Shown one piece after another: positions 47,759 to 57,570 of a stretch of 64,000 nt of DNA. Source of the stretch: Promethearchaeota archaeon (lineage in GTDB: Archaea > Asgardarchaeota > Lokiarchaeia > Sigyniarchaeales > SOKP01). A program made the position numbers and the translations under genes. Position 1 is the stretch's first letter, and each line of letters opens with the position of its first letter. The stretch is taken from positions 658,355 through 722,354 of the forward strand of contig JAHPZA010000009.1 of NCBI GenBank assembly GCA_019058445.1, written 5' to 3'. The notes under the pieces are model-generated. The model was given only the letters and a program-made list of their open reading frames with translations. It ran no database searches and was not told the DNA's origin.

Positions 47759-48481
47759 TTTATCAACTTAATTTTATTGTATGAGCTCTTGTCATTAATT
47801 AAAGATTAATTAATTTATAAATTTAGATTTTTCACAGTTCTTTATCTTTATTTAATCTTATAGAAATGATTGATTTGAATGCTTATTATGAAGTAGAATC
47901 ATTTATATTTCGTTGAGGCATATGTCATTAAAAATAAACCGATGATTTGAAAGATTAATGACACAATCCACATAGTTATTTTAATTATTGTTCCATAACT
48001 TTCTCTTAACGGAGCCAATATAAATTCTGCTACAATAGCAACTCCAATGTAGAACATTATAATCCCAATTGCAGATATATATGAAGTAGTCCTTTGACTG
48101 GGTGTTTTAACACCAATGTAAATGAAAATGAATGGTACTAATAATCCTATAAAAAAGGGAATTATTTCTAATGCTGATATAAATTCGAAATCTTCACGCT
48201 GGACAATGAATCTTAATAATCATATCTGAGGTTGGATTTTTTTTTAACATTTAGTAATTTAGAAAAGGTGTTTATGTTTATTCTTAGAAATACCCTAATA
48301 TTTTATTTCTATATAGTGATATATAAGATTTTATGTATATATTGTTAATGTAATTATTTCGTTTTGCTTGCTAATCTGAAGGTTAATATTAGTATGTGAT
48401 CCTTATCACAAAATTATGTAAAAAACGCAAATTTAAATATTTCTCATTTTATTACATACTCACAGTTTCTAAATACTAAGA

Positions 48482-49303
48482 TTGGGGATATTTGTGATTT
48501 TACAGACGAATTATGATAATAACTTAAATTTTATTCTTATACCCATTTGTGTAGTGATCATTTCTTTAGTATATAAATATCATTATCGAAAAGAAACAAC
48601 TAATATATATGCTATAGTAGCTTTTGTTTCTACTTTTGTAGTGGGCTTGATGGCTATGTTGGGTTTGCTTCAGGCTGGAACATTTAATAATTCATGGATT
48701 TCAGCATTTATTCTTTATCCAATTGGAATTTCAGTAGCAATACTCCTCACGCTTTATATGAATAGAATTATTAGGGCAAATTTTCAAAAATTAGAAGAGG
48801 TAATTAAAGCATCATCAGAGAATTCTATAAATGTCTCTAATATTGCTATGGAATTGGCAGCAAGCGCAAGTGAAGTAAATGCGGCTTCAGAAGAAATCGC
48901 ATCATCCTCAATGGAAATGACGAAAACCACAGAGGATGTGATGCGTTCCTCGACAAATATTATAAACATTATGGACATCATCACAAATTTAGCCGAACAT
49001 ACTCATTTATTAGCTTTAAATGCTCGTATAGAAGCTGGCAGAGCAGGAGAGCATGGTCGTGGTTTTGCAGTTGTAGCAGAAGAAGTTAGAAAATTAGCAA
49101 CCCAGTCAAAACAAGCAGTTTCAAATACAGGGAATGAAATTAATGAAATAATTAACAAAATAAATGTATCATTTGAGAATATGCAAGAAATTAGTTCTTC
49201 AGCAGAAGAGCAAACAGCTTCAATGGAGGAAATTTCCGCAACAGCAAATAAGTTAGAAGCCTTAGCAGAAGAACTAAAAAACAGTTTATATCAATATAAA
49301 TAA
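48482..49303 (+). CDS. Minimal methyl-accepting-chemotaxis-protein-like transducer (3 TM helices and a short MCP signalling hairpin)
   Basis: Highly conserved MCP tip [34 protein letters not shown]. Only about 170 aa of coiled coil. I saw no HAMP or periplasmic sensor domain. Confidence 0.8.
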   Translation: MGIFVILQTNYDNNLNFILIPICVVIISLVYKYHYRKETTNIYAIVAFVSTFVVGLMAMLGLLQAGTFNNSWISAFILYPIGISVAILLTLYMNRIIRANFQKLEEVIKASSENSINVSNIAMELAASASEVNAASEEIASSSMEMTKTTEDVMRSSTNIINIMDIITNLAEHTHLLALNARIEAGRAGEHGRGFAVVAEEVRKLATQSKQAVSNTGNEINEIINKINVSFENMQEISSSAEEQTASMEEISATANKLEALAEELKNSLYQYK

Positions 49304-49453
49304 TCCATTCATGACCATATTTGAAAGCTTAATAGTATTTTTATATCTAACCAAAAATTTAATCTGGATAAGATTAAACTATAATTTAATTTAGTTTAAA
49401 GTCAAATCAAATATGGTTAAGTTTTAAATGTAAATTAGTATATTAGTAAGAAA

Positions 49454-50182
49454 TCAGATTTCAAAACTCAACCATTTTATAACATTATCAAGAAACTTTA
49501 AGTTATCTCCTGCGTCTATTCCAAAGTCGCTGTCTTCAATCATCCAATCCGAGGAGCCAAAAGTAGCACATCTTCCATTGTAAAAATCGCTTACTACACA
49601 AATAGGTACTGGCCCGACCTCATCAGTATCGTCATCACTATAATATTTAAATTCTGCTTTTTCTGAAGTAACAATGATGTCTTCAACATCTTCCTCAGTC
49701 AAACTGAAAAACGTACATTCTGGAAAAACTAATTCGGAGATTCCTTTTGTAATCGGATGATTAAATAACTCATTTATTAATAAATTCTCTTTATTTACTA
49801 AGAAATTTGATGAGGATTCCATAATTCTCCCGTTCCAAAACCTCTTTACTCCGGTTAATTTATATAAAACCCTAATGGATCCTAATTTCATAGGAATGTC
49901 TTGATCTCCTCCAGCACCAGAAGTCATTAGGAATCCTCCTCCCTCACCTACAAATTTTTTAATGTCTTTTAGTTGCTCAGGAGTAAACTTATCTTTTTTA
50001 CTATTTTTTGTGTGCTGAATGTTTCCTATAAATAAAATATCAAAATCTTCTAATCTATCAAAAGTGAGAGTCTCATTTTTATCAATATATTCCACATCAA
50101 AATCATCCTCACCTAAACTGAATTCTGGAAACTCTTCGATTTGTTCATTGTGAGATAAATCAACGATTATCTTGTAGGACAT
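49454..50182 (-). CDS. Acidic hypothetical protein (possibly a class-I amidotransferase-like / DUF4350-like fold)
   Basis: 242 aa with coding-like composition. FDILFIGN...GGGFLMTSGAGGD resembles the flavodoxin-like GATase-1 topology. I recognise no catalytic motif. Confidence 0.35.
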   Translation of the reverse strand: MSYKIIVDLSHNEQIEEFPEFSLGEDDFDVEYIDKNETLTFDRLEDFDILFIGNIQHTKNSKKDKFTPEQLKDIKKFVGEGGGFLMTSGAGGDQDIPMKLGSIRVLYKLTGVKRFWNGRIMESSSNFLVNKENLLINELFNHPITKGISELVFPECTFFSLTEEDVEDIIVTSEKAEFKYYSDDDTDEVGPVPICVVSDFYNGRCATFGSSDWMIEDSDFGIDAGDNLKFLDNVIKWLSFEI

Positions 50183-50399
50183 TTTATTGCTCCACGAAAG
50201 TTAATATTAATTGTTAGTCGGTGCTACTGACTTAATTATTGTATTTTATTTTTATAAAGATATGTGATAATTATTAAAGATTATTAAAATCACTAAATTA
50301 GTATAATCAACACATATAAACTTTATTCTCAAATATAAAGTTAACGGATTTAGGATGAGTTACTCTTAATAAGAGATTAACAAAAAAAATTTTTTTATA

Positions 50400-51110
50400 T
50401 TATTTTATAGGAATAAATTCTCTTTCAGCTGGACCCTCTTTTTTAAGTATAGCTATATCAATTCCATTTCCACTTGCCATATCTCTAATAATAGAGGATG
50501 TAACTGCTTTTTTAACAATTTCCTTGCCTTGTTCTGGTGTTAAATCATCTTTATATTTAGCCTCAAGCACGCCGTATGAAAAATTTTGCCCACTTCCAAC
50601 TGCTACATATTTTTCTGGCAGAATTGATCCATAAGCACCAATATCTAAAATAGTAGGTCCTTCTTCTTCAGTTACACCACCTAATATAAGCCCTACTTGA
50701 AAAGGGAATGACTTATTCCTATACAAAATGTTTGATAACATCCTTCCCGCAGCTTTTATTGGGATTGGTTTGTCTTTTTCAAGTTGATAAATTGAAGTTT
50801 CAGCTCTTAATACTTCTACAAGGTATTGGGCATCAGCAACTCCTCCAGCTATCGTAATCCAAGCGTGGTCCTGGATCTTATGCAGCTTTTCAGCAGTTTT
50901 GCTGGCAACAAAATAAGCCATTGTGGCTCTTTTATCGGTACCTAAGATTACTGCATCTTTACAAGTTAGGCCAACTGTAGTGGTTCCCGTACTGAAAGTA
51001 TGATTCTTAATGATTTCTTCATTCAAATGCTCTTTAGAAAATGCTTCTTGTATAACAGAATCTTTTAAAATCTTAGAATCAATAGATTTCAAAAATTCTT
51101 CTTTTCTCAT
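50400..51110 (-). CDS. psmB: Proteasome beta subunit (with propeptide)
   Basis: Propeptide followed by GTTTVGLTCKDAVILGTDKRAT (active-site Thr1 context). Confidence 0.9.
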   Translation of the reverse strand: MRKEEFLKSIDSKILKDSVIQEAFSKEHLNEEIIKNHTFSTGTTTVGLTCKDAVILGTDKRATMAYFVASKTAEKLHKIQDHAWITIAGGVADAQYLVEVLRAETSIYQLEKDKPIPIKAAGRMLSNILYRNKSFPFQVGLILGGVTEEEGPTILDIGAYGSILPEKYVAVGSGQNFSYGVLEAKYKDDLTPEQGKEIVKKAVTSSIIRDMASGNGIDIAILKKEGPAEREFIPIK

Positions 51111-51256
51111 AATTTCATTAAAGGTAAAAAGGTTTAATAATTTTTTTCTAATTTATTATAAATTCGCACCAAATTAGGAACATAAAAGTTTCGAAAGATA
51201 AATTAGTTATGAATTAAATACCTAGTTAATCATAACCATTTTCGATTCAATACAAA

Positions 51257-52201
51257 ATGGCAGAATTAATAGGGTATTTGCTTACCCTTGACGCGATTAT
51301 TACATGGAGTTTGGCGTCTTTAGTTTATAAGTTTGGTTTAGGAAAAACAGATACAAAAGGAACCATCCTATTTAGATTATGTTGTGTATCACTTTTCACA
51401 TTCATAATTTCTTTGATCATTGGAAGCTATTCATTTTTTTCAAGATTGAGTGAACACGAACTTACAATTTATCTTATCTCATGCTTAATTTGTGGTTTAA
51501 GTGTAACTATAGGCGATTTAATGTACTTTACTTCATTGAAAAAAATTGATGCTTCGCGGGCGTTTCCACTGACACAATTGAGCTTGGTATTTGTGTATCC
51601 TTTCGCCTTCTTCCTATTTGGCGAGGAATTAACTTGGTCTATTTTTATCGGAGGTATGTTAATAATTTCAAGCGTTTTTTTATTGAGTAAAAAGGATTCA
51701 GAAAATGCAGAAATAACAAATGAAAGGGAACAAATTGATAATAACAAAAGAGAAACAAATATATATATTGGAGTTGCATTAGCGACAGGTGCCGCATTTT
51801 GCTGGGCGATTACGATGGTAACTTTTCATCAAGCACGAGCCATTAGTCATGATGTTCATGTTACAAATTTTATTCGAACTTTTTTAGCTACTATATCCGT
51901 GGCCACATTAGGATTATTTCAAAGGGATTATTATTGTGCATTTAAAAAAGAAAATAGAGAAGACTTGAAATACTATGGATATATGGGTATAGCCGGATCT
52001 TTATCTTTAGGTTTAGCAGATTCATTATTTTATGAAGCTGCTGGGATTAATGGGCTAATTTTGACGTCAACCATAACTGCTAATACCCCGATGGTCCAGC
52101 AAATCTTTTCAATCCTTATCTTAAAAGAAAAGTTTCGTAAGCGATTTCTAATTGCTGTGTGTTTGATAATTATTGGAAATTATATTATCCTGTTTTTATA
52201 G
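51257..52201 (+). CDS. EamA/DMT-superfamily transporter
   Basis: 10-TM profile in two halves separated by a charged loop (KKDSENAEITNEREQIDNNKRE), as expected for duplicated EamA domains. Confidence 0.65.
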   Translation: MAELIGYLLTLDAIITWSLASLVYKFGLGKTDTKGTILFRLCCVSLFTFIISLIIGSYSFFSRLSEHELTIYLISCLICGLSVTIGDLMYFTSLKKIDASRAFPLTQLSLVFVYPFAFFLFGEELTWSIFIGGMLIISSVFLLSKKDSENAEITNEREQIDNNKRETNIYIGVALATGAAFCWAITMVTFHQARAISHDVHVTNFIRTFLATISVATLGLFQRDYYCAFKKENREDLKYYGYMGIAGSLSLGLADSLFYEAAGINGLILTSTITANTPMVQQIFSILILKEKFRKRFLIAVCLIIIGNYIILFL

Positions 52202-52247
52202 AAAAAAACATTAGGAAAAATAGATATTAAATAAAAGGGGATGAAAA

Positions 52248-53774
52248 TTATTTATCCTCACGAATTTCGATTCCATCGGGAAGAGTTACAGAATCAGCAC
52301 TCATTCCTTCTGCTTCTCTAAAATAATCATATGTTCTTTCCCCCACCATTTTCATAAAAGCTTTTATTTCTTTATCCATATCCGGTGGAATTTCAAATTC
52401 AGTGAAATATTTAAGAATTTGTTCAACTTTTTCACTTGCACTCATAATTATGTCTTTTTCACCTTTTTTCCTCCATGTTGTCCGTCTGTTTCTGTTCATT
52501 AATGTAGGCATATATAATTCTTTTTTCATGTAATTTCTGGTATGTTTTTCACTTAAAAAGGTCGCACCTGGTTTTGTTTCAGTAGCAACTTTCTCAATTA
52601 CATCTAATCCAATTGTATCTTCATTTACATCAATACCATTAAAAGCTCTATTAATCATACCAACAATTTCATCGTCAATGAGAACTAATTCTAAGGCTTC
52701 CGCAAGCGTAGCTTCATATGTTCCAGCACATGTAATATAATTAATACCTGCTAAAGCAGCTAACATCAAAGTTTGGTATCGTTCTAGACCATTTTGAATA
52801 TCAAAACATTTGGAATCTGTAACTGCTCCTAAACCTCTGCTAGGAATATTATAAAATCTAGCTAGTTGAGCTATTCCAGCAGTCATAAGACCTGTCTCAA
52901 CTGATCCTATTGCGGAGTTACCAGATCTCATGTCAGTCGAGTGTGAAACAGTTCCAAAGAATACAGGTGCACCTGGATTATATAATTGAGCCACTACAAT
53001 TCCAGCGAGTATTTCAGCATTTGTTTGTGCTAATAATCCGGCCATAGTAACCGGAGCAGACGTTCCAGCTAGTGCCTCTGGAGCGACAATCGTAGGTTGT
53101 TTATATTTAGCAAACACTTCAAGTCCGTTTGTCATTAATATTGGTAAATGTAGGGGACTTGTTGGATTCATAAAACCAATCATTCTTGGTCTTTTTGTCA
53201 ATTCTTCTTCTCCACCTACAAGAAGTGACATCATATCAATCATATCTTTGCTCGCAACTCTTCCATAACATCCGCCACCGTAAGGTTTTCGTGTATTTTT
53301 TGCCCATACATATATACATTCCGTATGGACAGTAAGATATTTAACATCGCTGGGCCATACATCTATATGTGATGCCATAATATTCTCAGTACTATCTACA
53401 ATCCGTATTTGTTTTATGTTGTCATCTAAGACAACTTTTCTATAGCCTCTTTTGTTACTCGGATCATAGATACGGACTGGGGTACCAATAGTCCCAAATT
53501 GTGTACTATGAGTATTAACCTCAAAACTAAATGAGCCATCTCTTCCATATAATTTAAATGAGTCTGGAACATGTTTTAATTGTTCCTTTACTAAGATTTC
53601 AGGAAATTTCACGAAATTAGAATGTTCATCTACTTCAGCTCCATTATCTTTAAGCAGTTGTCGACAATCTGGAGCATCTACTTTAATACCGACCTTTTCC
53701 AATAATTTTATAGAGGCAGCATGAATGGTTTCTATCTCATCCTTTGAAAGAACTTCTAATTTATTTATTTTCAT
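52248..53774 (-). CDS. MttB-superfamily methyltransferase (non-pyrrolysine type; substrate:corrinoid methyltransferase)
   Basis: 508 aa, collinear with Methanosarcina MttB. The frame is uninterrupted. At the Pyl position (MttB ...AGS-O-SDAK) it reads RGLGAVTDSK. Confidence 0.85.
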   Translation of the reverse strand: MKINKLEVLSKDEIETIHAASIKLLEKVGIKVDAPDCRQLLKDNGAEVDEHSNFVKFPEILVKEQLKHVPDSFKLYGRDGSFSFEVNTHSTQFGTIGTPVRIYDPSNKRGYRKVVLDDNIKQIRIVDSTENIMASHIDVWPSDVKYLTVHTECIYVWAKNTRKPYGGGCYGRVASKDMIDMMSLLVGGEEELTKRPRMIGFMNPTSPLHLPILMTNGLEVFAKYKQPTIVAPEALAGTSAPVTMAGLLAQTNAEILAGIVVAQLYNPGAPVFFGTVSHSTDMRSGNSAIGSVETGLMTAGIAQLARFYNIPSRGLGAVTDSKCFDIQNGLERYQTLMLAALAGINYITCAGTYEATLAEALELVLIDDEIVGMINRAFNGIDVNEDTIGLDVIEKVATETKPGATFLSEKHTRNYMKKELYMPTLMNRNRRTTWRKKGEKDIIMSASEKVEQILKYFTEFEIPPDMDKEIKAFMKMVGERTYDYFREAEGMSADSVTLPDGIEIREDK

Positions 53775-53809
53775 TTTGATTCTAACTCTCAGAAATTATC
53801 ATTTTTAGC

Positions 53810-54454
53810 TTATGAATTTAAAATTTTATTAACTAAGGATACCGCTTCTATAGCATCATCAGCCCAACCATCTGCTCCAATTTCATCAGCCCATTCGTCC
53901 GATGTCGGACTTCCACCGACGATCACTTTAAAGTTATCCCGAATCCCTCTCTTTTCTAGTTCCGAAATAAGTTTCCTTTGAAAATCCATTGACATTGTTA
54001 AAAGTGATGACATTGCGATAATTTGAGCTCCAACTTCTTCTGCTTTCTCAATAAATTTCGCAGCAGGGACATCAACTCCTAAATTAAACACCTCAAATCC
54101 ATTAGAAAAAAGAAATGATCCAACAAGATCCTTCCCTATTGAGTGAACATCGCTTTCAACAGTGCCCAAAACAACTTTTCCTTTTGTCTTTTTTTCTTCT
54201 CCTGCAGCTCTAATAGCAGGATCTAAGATTTCGTCGATTATACTTTTTACAGTATCAGCAGAACCAATTAAATCTGGTAGAAATATTTCTTCGTTCTCAA
54301 ATTGTTCACCTATAAATCTCATGATATCACCGATATAACTTAAAAGCTCAGCCGCCGATGCTTCTTTATTCTCAATGGCAGATTTACACATCTCTTTTAA
54401 TCCATCTTCGTCCCATTCTATAATTGCTTCTTTCATTTTTTCTTGTAAAGACAA
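53810..54454 (-). CDS. Cobalamin-binding corrinoid protein (MtbC/MttC/MtgC-like)
   Basis: B12-binding motif D-x-H-x-x-G (GTVESDVHSIGKDLV), MSSLLT and VIVGGS. N-terminal helical cap domain. Confidence 0.85.
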   Translation of the reverse strand: MSLQEKMKEAIIEWDEDGLKEMCKSAIENKEASAAELLSYIGDIMRFIGEQFENEEIFLPDLIGSADTVKSIIDEILDPAIRAAGEEKKTKGKVVLGTVESDVHSIGKDLVGSFLFSNGFEVFNLGVDVPAAKFIEKAEEVGAQIIAMSSLLTMSMDFQRKLISELEKRGIRDNFKVIVGGSPTSDEWADEIGADGWADDAIEAVSLVNKILNS

Positions 54455-54580
54455 TTTGACATCCTCTTTCTATTATTCTTTATATTATGAATCTTTTAAT
54501 ATTATTTTAAAAAAACTATTATTTTTAAAAAAATTATTCAATAAAAATTAAGAAAATAACAAAAAAGGAGCAATTTTAAT

Positions 54581-56101
54581 ATGAAAATGGGTAGAATGGA
54601 AGTGCTCGCGAAAGATGAAGTTGAATTAATCCACAGTTCGACTCTCGAACTATTAGAAACTATAGGTATCATGGTCGATTCTCCAGAAGCAAGAGCTTTA
54701 CTAAACCAAAATGGAGCAATTGTGGATGACAATAGTAAAAATATGTGGATTAAATTTCCAGAAGAGCTCGTTAAAGAACAGTTGAAACATGTCCCTGATT
54801 CTTTTACTTTATGGGGGCCAGATGGTTCATTTTCATTTACTGTAGATACTAAATCAACCCAATTTGCCACAGTTGGAACACCAGTAAAAATTTATGATCC
54901 CGAAAGCAAGAGAGGAGTACGAAAAACAATCATGGATGATACGATCAAACAAATTAGAATCGTTGATAGCCTTAAGAATATCATGTGTTCCCATGTGGAT
55001 GTATGGCCTAATGATGTGCCATTTTTAGAATTACATTGCCATGCGATAAAGGCTTGGGCAAAAAATAGTCGCAAACCATATGGTTTAGGATGTTATGGAG
55101 GCATGGCATCTCAGGATATGATGAATTTGACATCCATTATTGTGGGAGGAGATGAAGAACTCATAAGCCACCCTAGATTGATTGGTTTCTTTAATCCTAC
55201 AAGTCCTCTAATGTTAACTAGAATTATGCTGAATGGATTATTTGTTTGGGTAAAATATAAACAACCCACTATAGTAGCCCCTGCTGCAAGTGCTGGCTCA
55301 ACTGCACCGGTTACATTAGCAGGATTAATTACTCAAACAAATATGGAAATATTGTCATCTATAACGCTAACCCAACTAATAAATAAAGGGGCTCCAGTTT
55401 TCTATTCAACAATGTCAGCACCAATGGATCCTCCAACTGGTAATGTAGCATGGGGCTCTATAGAAACGGGATTAATCACATCGGCATTTGCACAGTTAGG
55501 ACGGTTTTATAATATCCCTTCTCGAGGACCTGGGGCAGTCACAGAATCAAAAGTATTCGATATTCAAAATGGATATGAGCGATTTATGACTTTATTATGT
55601 GCTGCTAATTCTGGTATAAATTATATTACATGTGCGGGTACATATGAATCTTCTCTGTCTGAAGCTTTAGAATTGCTTGTAATAGATGATGAATTAATCG
55701 ATATAATTAAGAGAGGGATGGAAGGAGTGTGTGTTAATGAGGATACAATCGCAATGGATGAGATAAAAAAAATTGTAACTACGACAAGAAACTTCTTGGG
55801 TACGAAACATTCTGTAAAAAATATAAGGAAAGAGCTATTTGTTCCTAAATTAGGGGATCGAGATAGACGTGGTACTTGGAAAAAGAGAGGAGCAAAAGAT
55901 ATTATCCAAAATGCGCATGAGAAAGTAGAAGCAATTCTACAGAAACAAATTGGACCTGAGCTAGACCCACTCGTTGAAGAGAAACTAGTAGAATATACGA
56001 AGAAAGTCGCAGCTCGAACGATGGATGATTATCAAAAAGCGGAAGGAATGGAAAAATCTGCTGGCACTGATTCGGTACCCGGAATTAAATTAGATGAATG
56101 A
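54581..56101 (+). CDS. MttB-superfamily methyltransferase, second paralogue (non-Pyl)
   Basis: Long identical runs shared with 52248-53774 (VKEQLKHVPDSF, KQPTIVAP, INYITCAGTYE). The Pyl-equivalent site reads RGPGAVTESK. A strong SD-like AAGGAG lies upstream. Confidence 0.85.
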   Translation: MKMGRMEVLAKDEVELIHSSTLELLETIGIMVDSPEARALLNQNGAIVDDNSKNMWIKFPEELVKEQLKHVPDSFTLWGPDGSFSFTVDTKSTQFATVGTPVKIYDPESKRGVRKTIMDDTIKQIRIVDSLKNIMCSHVDVWPNDVPFLELHCHAIKAWAKNSRKPYGLGCYGGMASQDMMNLTSIIVGGDEELISHPRLIGFFNPTSPLMLTRIMLNGLFVWVKYKQPTIVAPAASAGSTAPVTLAGLITQTNMEILSSITLTQLINKGAPVFYSTMSAPMDPPTGNVAWGSIETGLITSAFAQLGRFYNIPSRGPGAVTESKVFDIQNGYERFMTLLCAANSGINYITCAGTYESSLSEALELLVIDDELIDIIKRGMEGVCVNEDTIAMDEIKKIVTTTRNFLGTKHSVKNIRKELFVPKLGDRDRRGTWKKRGAKDIIQNAHEKVEAILQKQIGPELDPLVEEKLVEYTKKVAARTMDDYQKAEGMEKSAGTDSVPGIKLDE

Positions 56102-56193
56102 CCTTTAAAACTTTAAGAATTTATAATTCCTTTCATTTTAATATTTATTAAATTAGTAAATAATAGCTAGTAGTTATCAAAATTTACATAATA

Positions 56194-57492
56194 GTGGTTA
56201 CTATGGGGGAAAAAGAAAAAGATCCGCGGAAAATTCCGCGAGAAGATGATAAAATAAATCGAGAGCTTTGGGATAAAATGAGTTTTGATACGCAGATACT
56301 TAGAGCGGGAGAAGATCCGTACCCTGAGACATCACATAGTATTCGCCCGCCGATATATGCTGCAAAATCCTATACATTTACAACTTTTGAAGAAATGCTC
56401 CAAGATCGTTATTTTTATTCAAGAACGGAAAATCCAACGTTATATGCTTTAGATCAAAAGCTTGCAACTCTCCATCGAGGAGAAAAAGCGATTTCAGTAG
56501 CATCAGGGATGGCAGCTGTCCATCTTGCAAGCATGTGTGTTCTCCAGAAGCGTATAGAGAGAGTTAAACCTGAAAAACTCAAAGAATTACTCCCGCAAAA
56601 TAATCCTGAAACGATTCCAAATATTATTATTCATAAAAATCTATATACAGGATCTTACCGGCTCTTTACCAAGATTTATCCTCAAATGGGTATAGATTTT
56701 AAAAGAATTGATATGCGTAATATTGACGAAGTAAAAAATGCGATAGATGAGCAAACTAAATTAGTTTACGTTGAAACCCCAGCAAATCCAACTAATGATA
56801 TCATAGATATTAAAACATGTGCGGATTTGATACATGAAGTAGGGGGTAAATGCGTTGTTGATAATACATGGGCATCTCCTGCTCTTCAAAGGCCCTTGGA
56901 GTTAGGTGCGGATTTAGTTATTGAGAGTTTAACGAAATATATAAATGGACATGGAGATTGCCTCGGCGGAGCAGTTATCGGGACTGAAAATGATATAAGA
57001 AATATTCGCTATTTCTGGGGTGAAACTCATGGTCCTGTTATGAGTCCATTTAATGCGTGGTTGATATTGAGAGGAATGAGAACTTTAAATATGCGGATGG
57101 AAAGACATTGTTCAAACGCAATGAAAATTGCTAGATATTTAAATGAGCATCCTAAAGTTAGAGAAGTTATCTATCCTGGTTTGGAACATCACCCCGGACA
57201 TGAACTTGCTAAGAGACAAATGAAAAGATTTGGAGGAATGGTGGATTTTGAACTCGAAACGGAAGAGATGAGCAATAAATTCATAAATTTGTTAAAGCTC
57301 ATTAAGGTTGGAGTTTCACTTGGAGACACTACCTCATTGATAGAATTTACTGGTTTGATGACAGGAATCGATTTAGCAAGATGGGAGCGCAGATCGATGA
57401 ATATTTCTAAAACACACTTTCGATTTTCTGTAGGATTAGAAGATCCGGATGATTTAATATTGGATTTTGAACAAGCACTTAATCAATTATAA
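56194..57492 (+). CDS. PLP-dependent Cys/Met-metabolism enzyme (methionine gamma-lyase / O-acetylhomoserine sulfhydrylase / cystathionine synthase family)
   Basis: PLP-lysine motif VIESLTKYINGHGD, plus YSRTENPT and VETPANPT. Confidence 0.85.
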   Translation: MVTMGEKEKDPRKIPREDDKINRELWDKMSFDTQILRAGEDPYPETSHSIRPPIYAAKSYTFTTFEEMLQDRYFYSRTENPTLYALDQKLATLHRGEKAISVASGMAAVHLASMCVLQKRIERVKPEKLKELLPQNNPETIPNIIIHKNLYTGSYRLFTKIYPQMGIDFKRIDMRNIDEVKNAIDEQTKLVYVETPANPTNDIIDIKTCADLIHEVGGKCVVDNTWASPALQRPLELGADLVIESLTKYINGHGDCLGGAVIGTENDIRNIRYFWGETHGPVMSPFNAWLILRGMRTLNMRMERHCSNAMKIARYLNEHPKVREVIYPGLEHHPGHELAKRQMKRFGGMVDFELETEEMSNKFINLLKLIKVGVSLGDTTSLIEFTGLMTGIDLARWERRSMNISKTHFRFSVGLEDPDDLILDFEQALNQL

Positions 57493-57570
57493 TCCTTTTT
57501 TTAGATTAACTGATTCAATATAAATAAGAGAAAATAAAAAATAGCGTTTTTTATATCTAATTTGTTAAAT

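Noticed and set aside
54538-55074. Minus-strand ORFs 54538-54870 and 54892-55074, antisense to the second MttB gene
   Set aside because: The plus-strand ORF is collinear with a paralogue and with MttB over its whole length, so the antisense ORFs are spurious.
52248-56101. Possibility that the MttB genes are pyrrolysine (TAG-containing) trimethylamine methyltransferases
   Set aside because: Both frames are uninterrupted, and a Val occupies the Pyl-equivalent position. No pylTSBCD-like genes are seen in the window.
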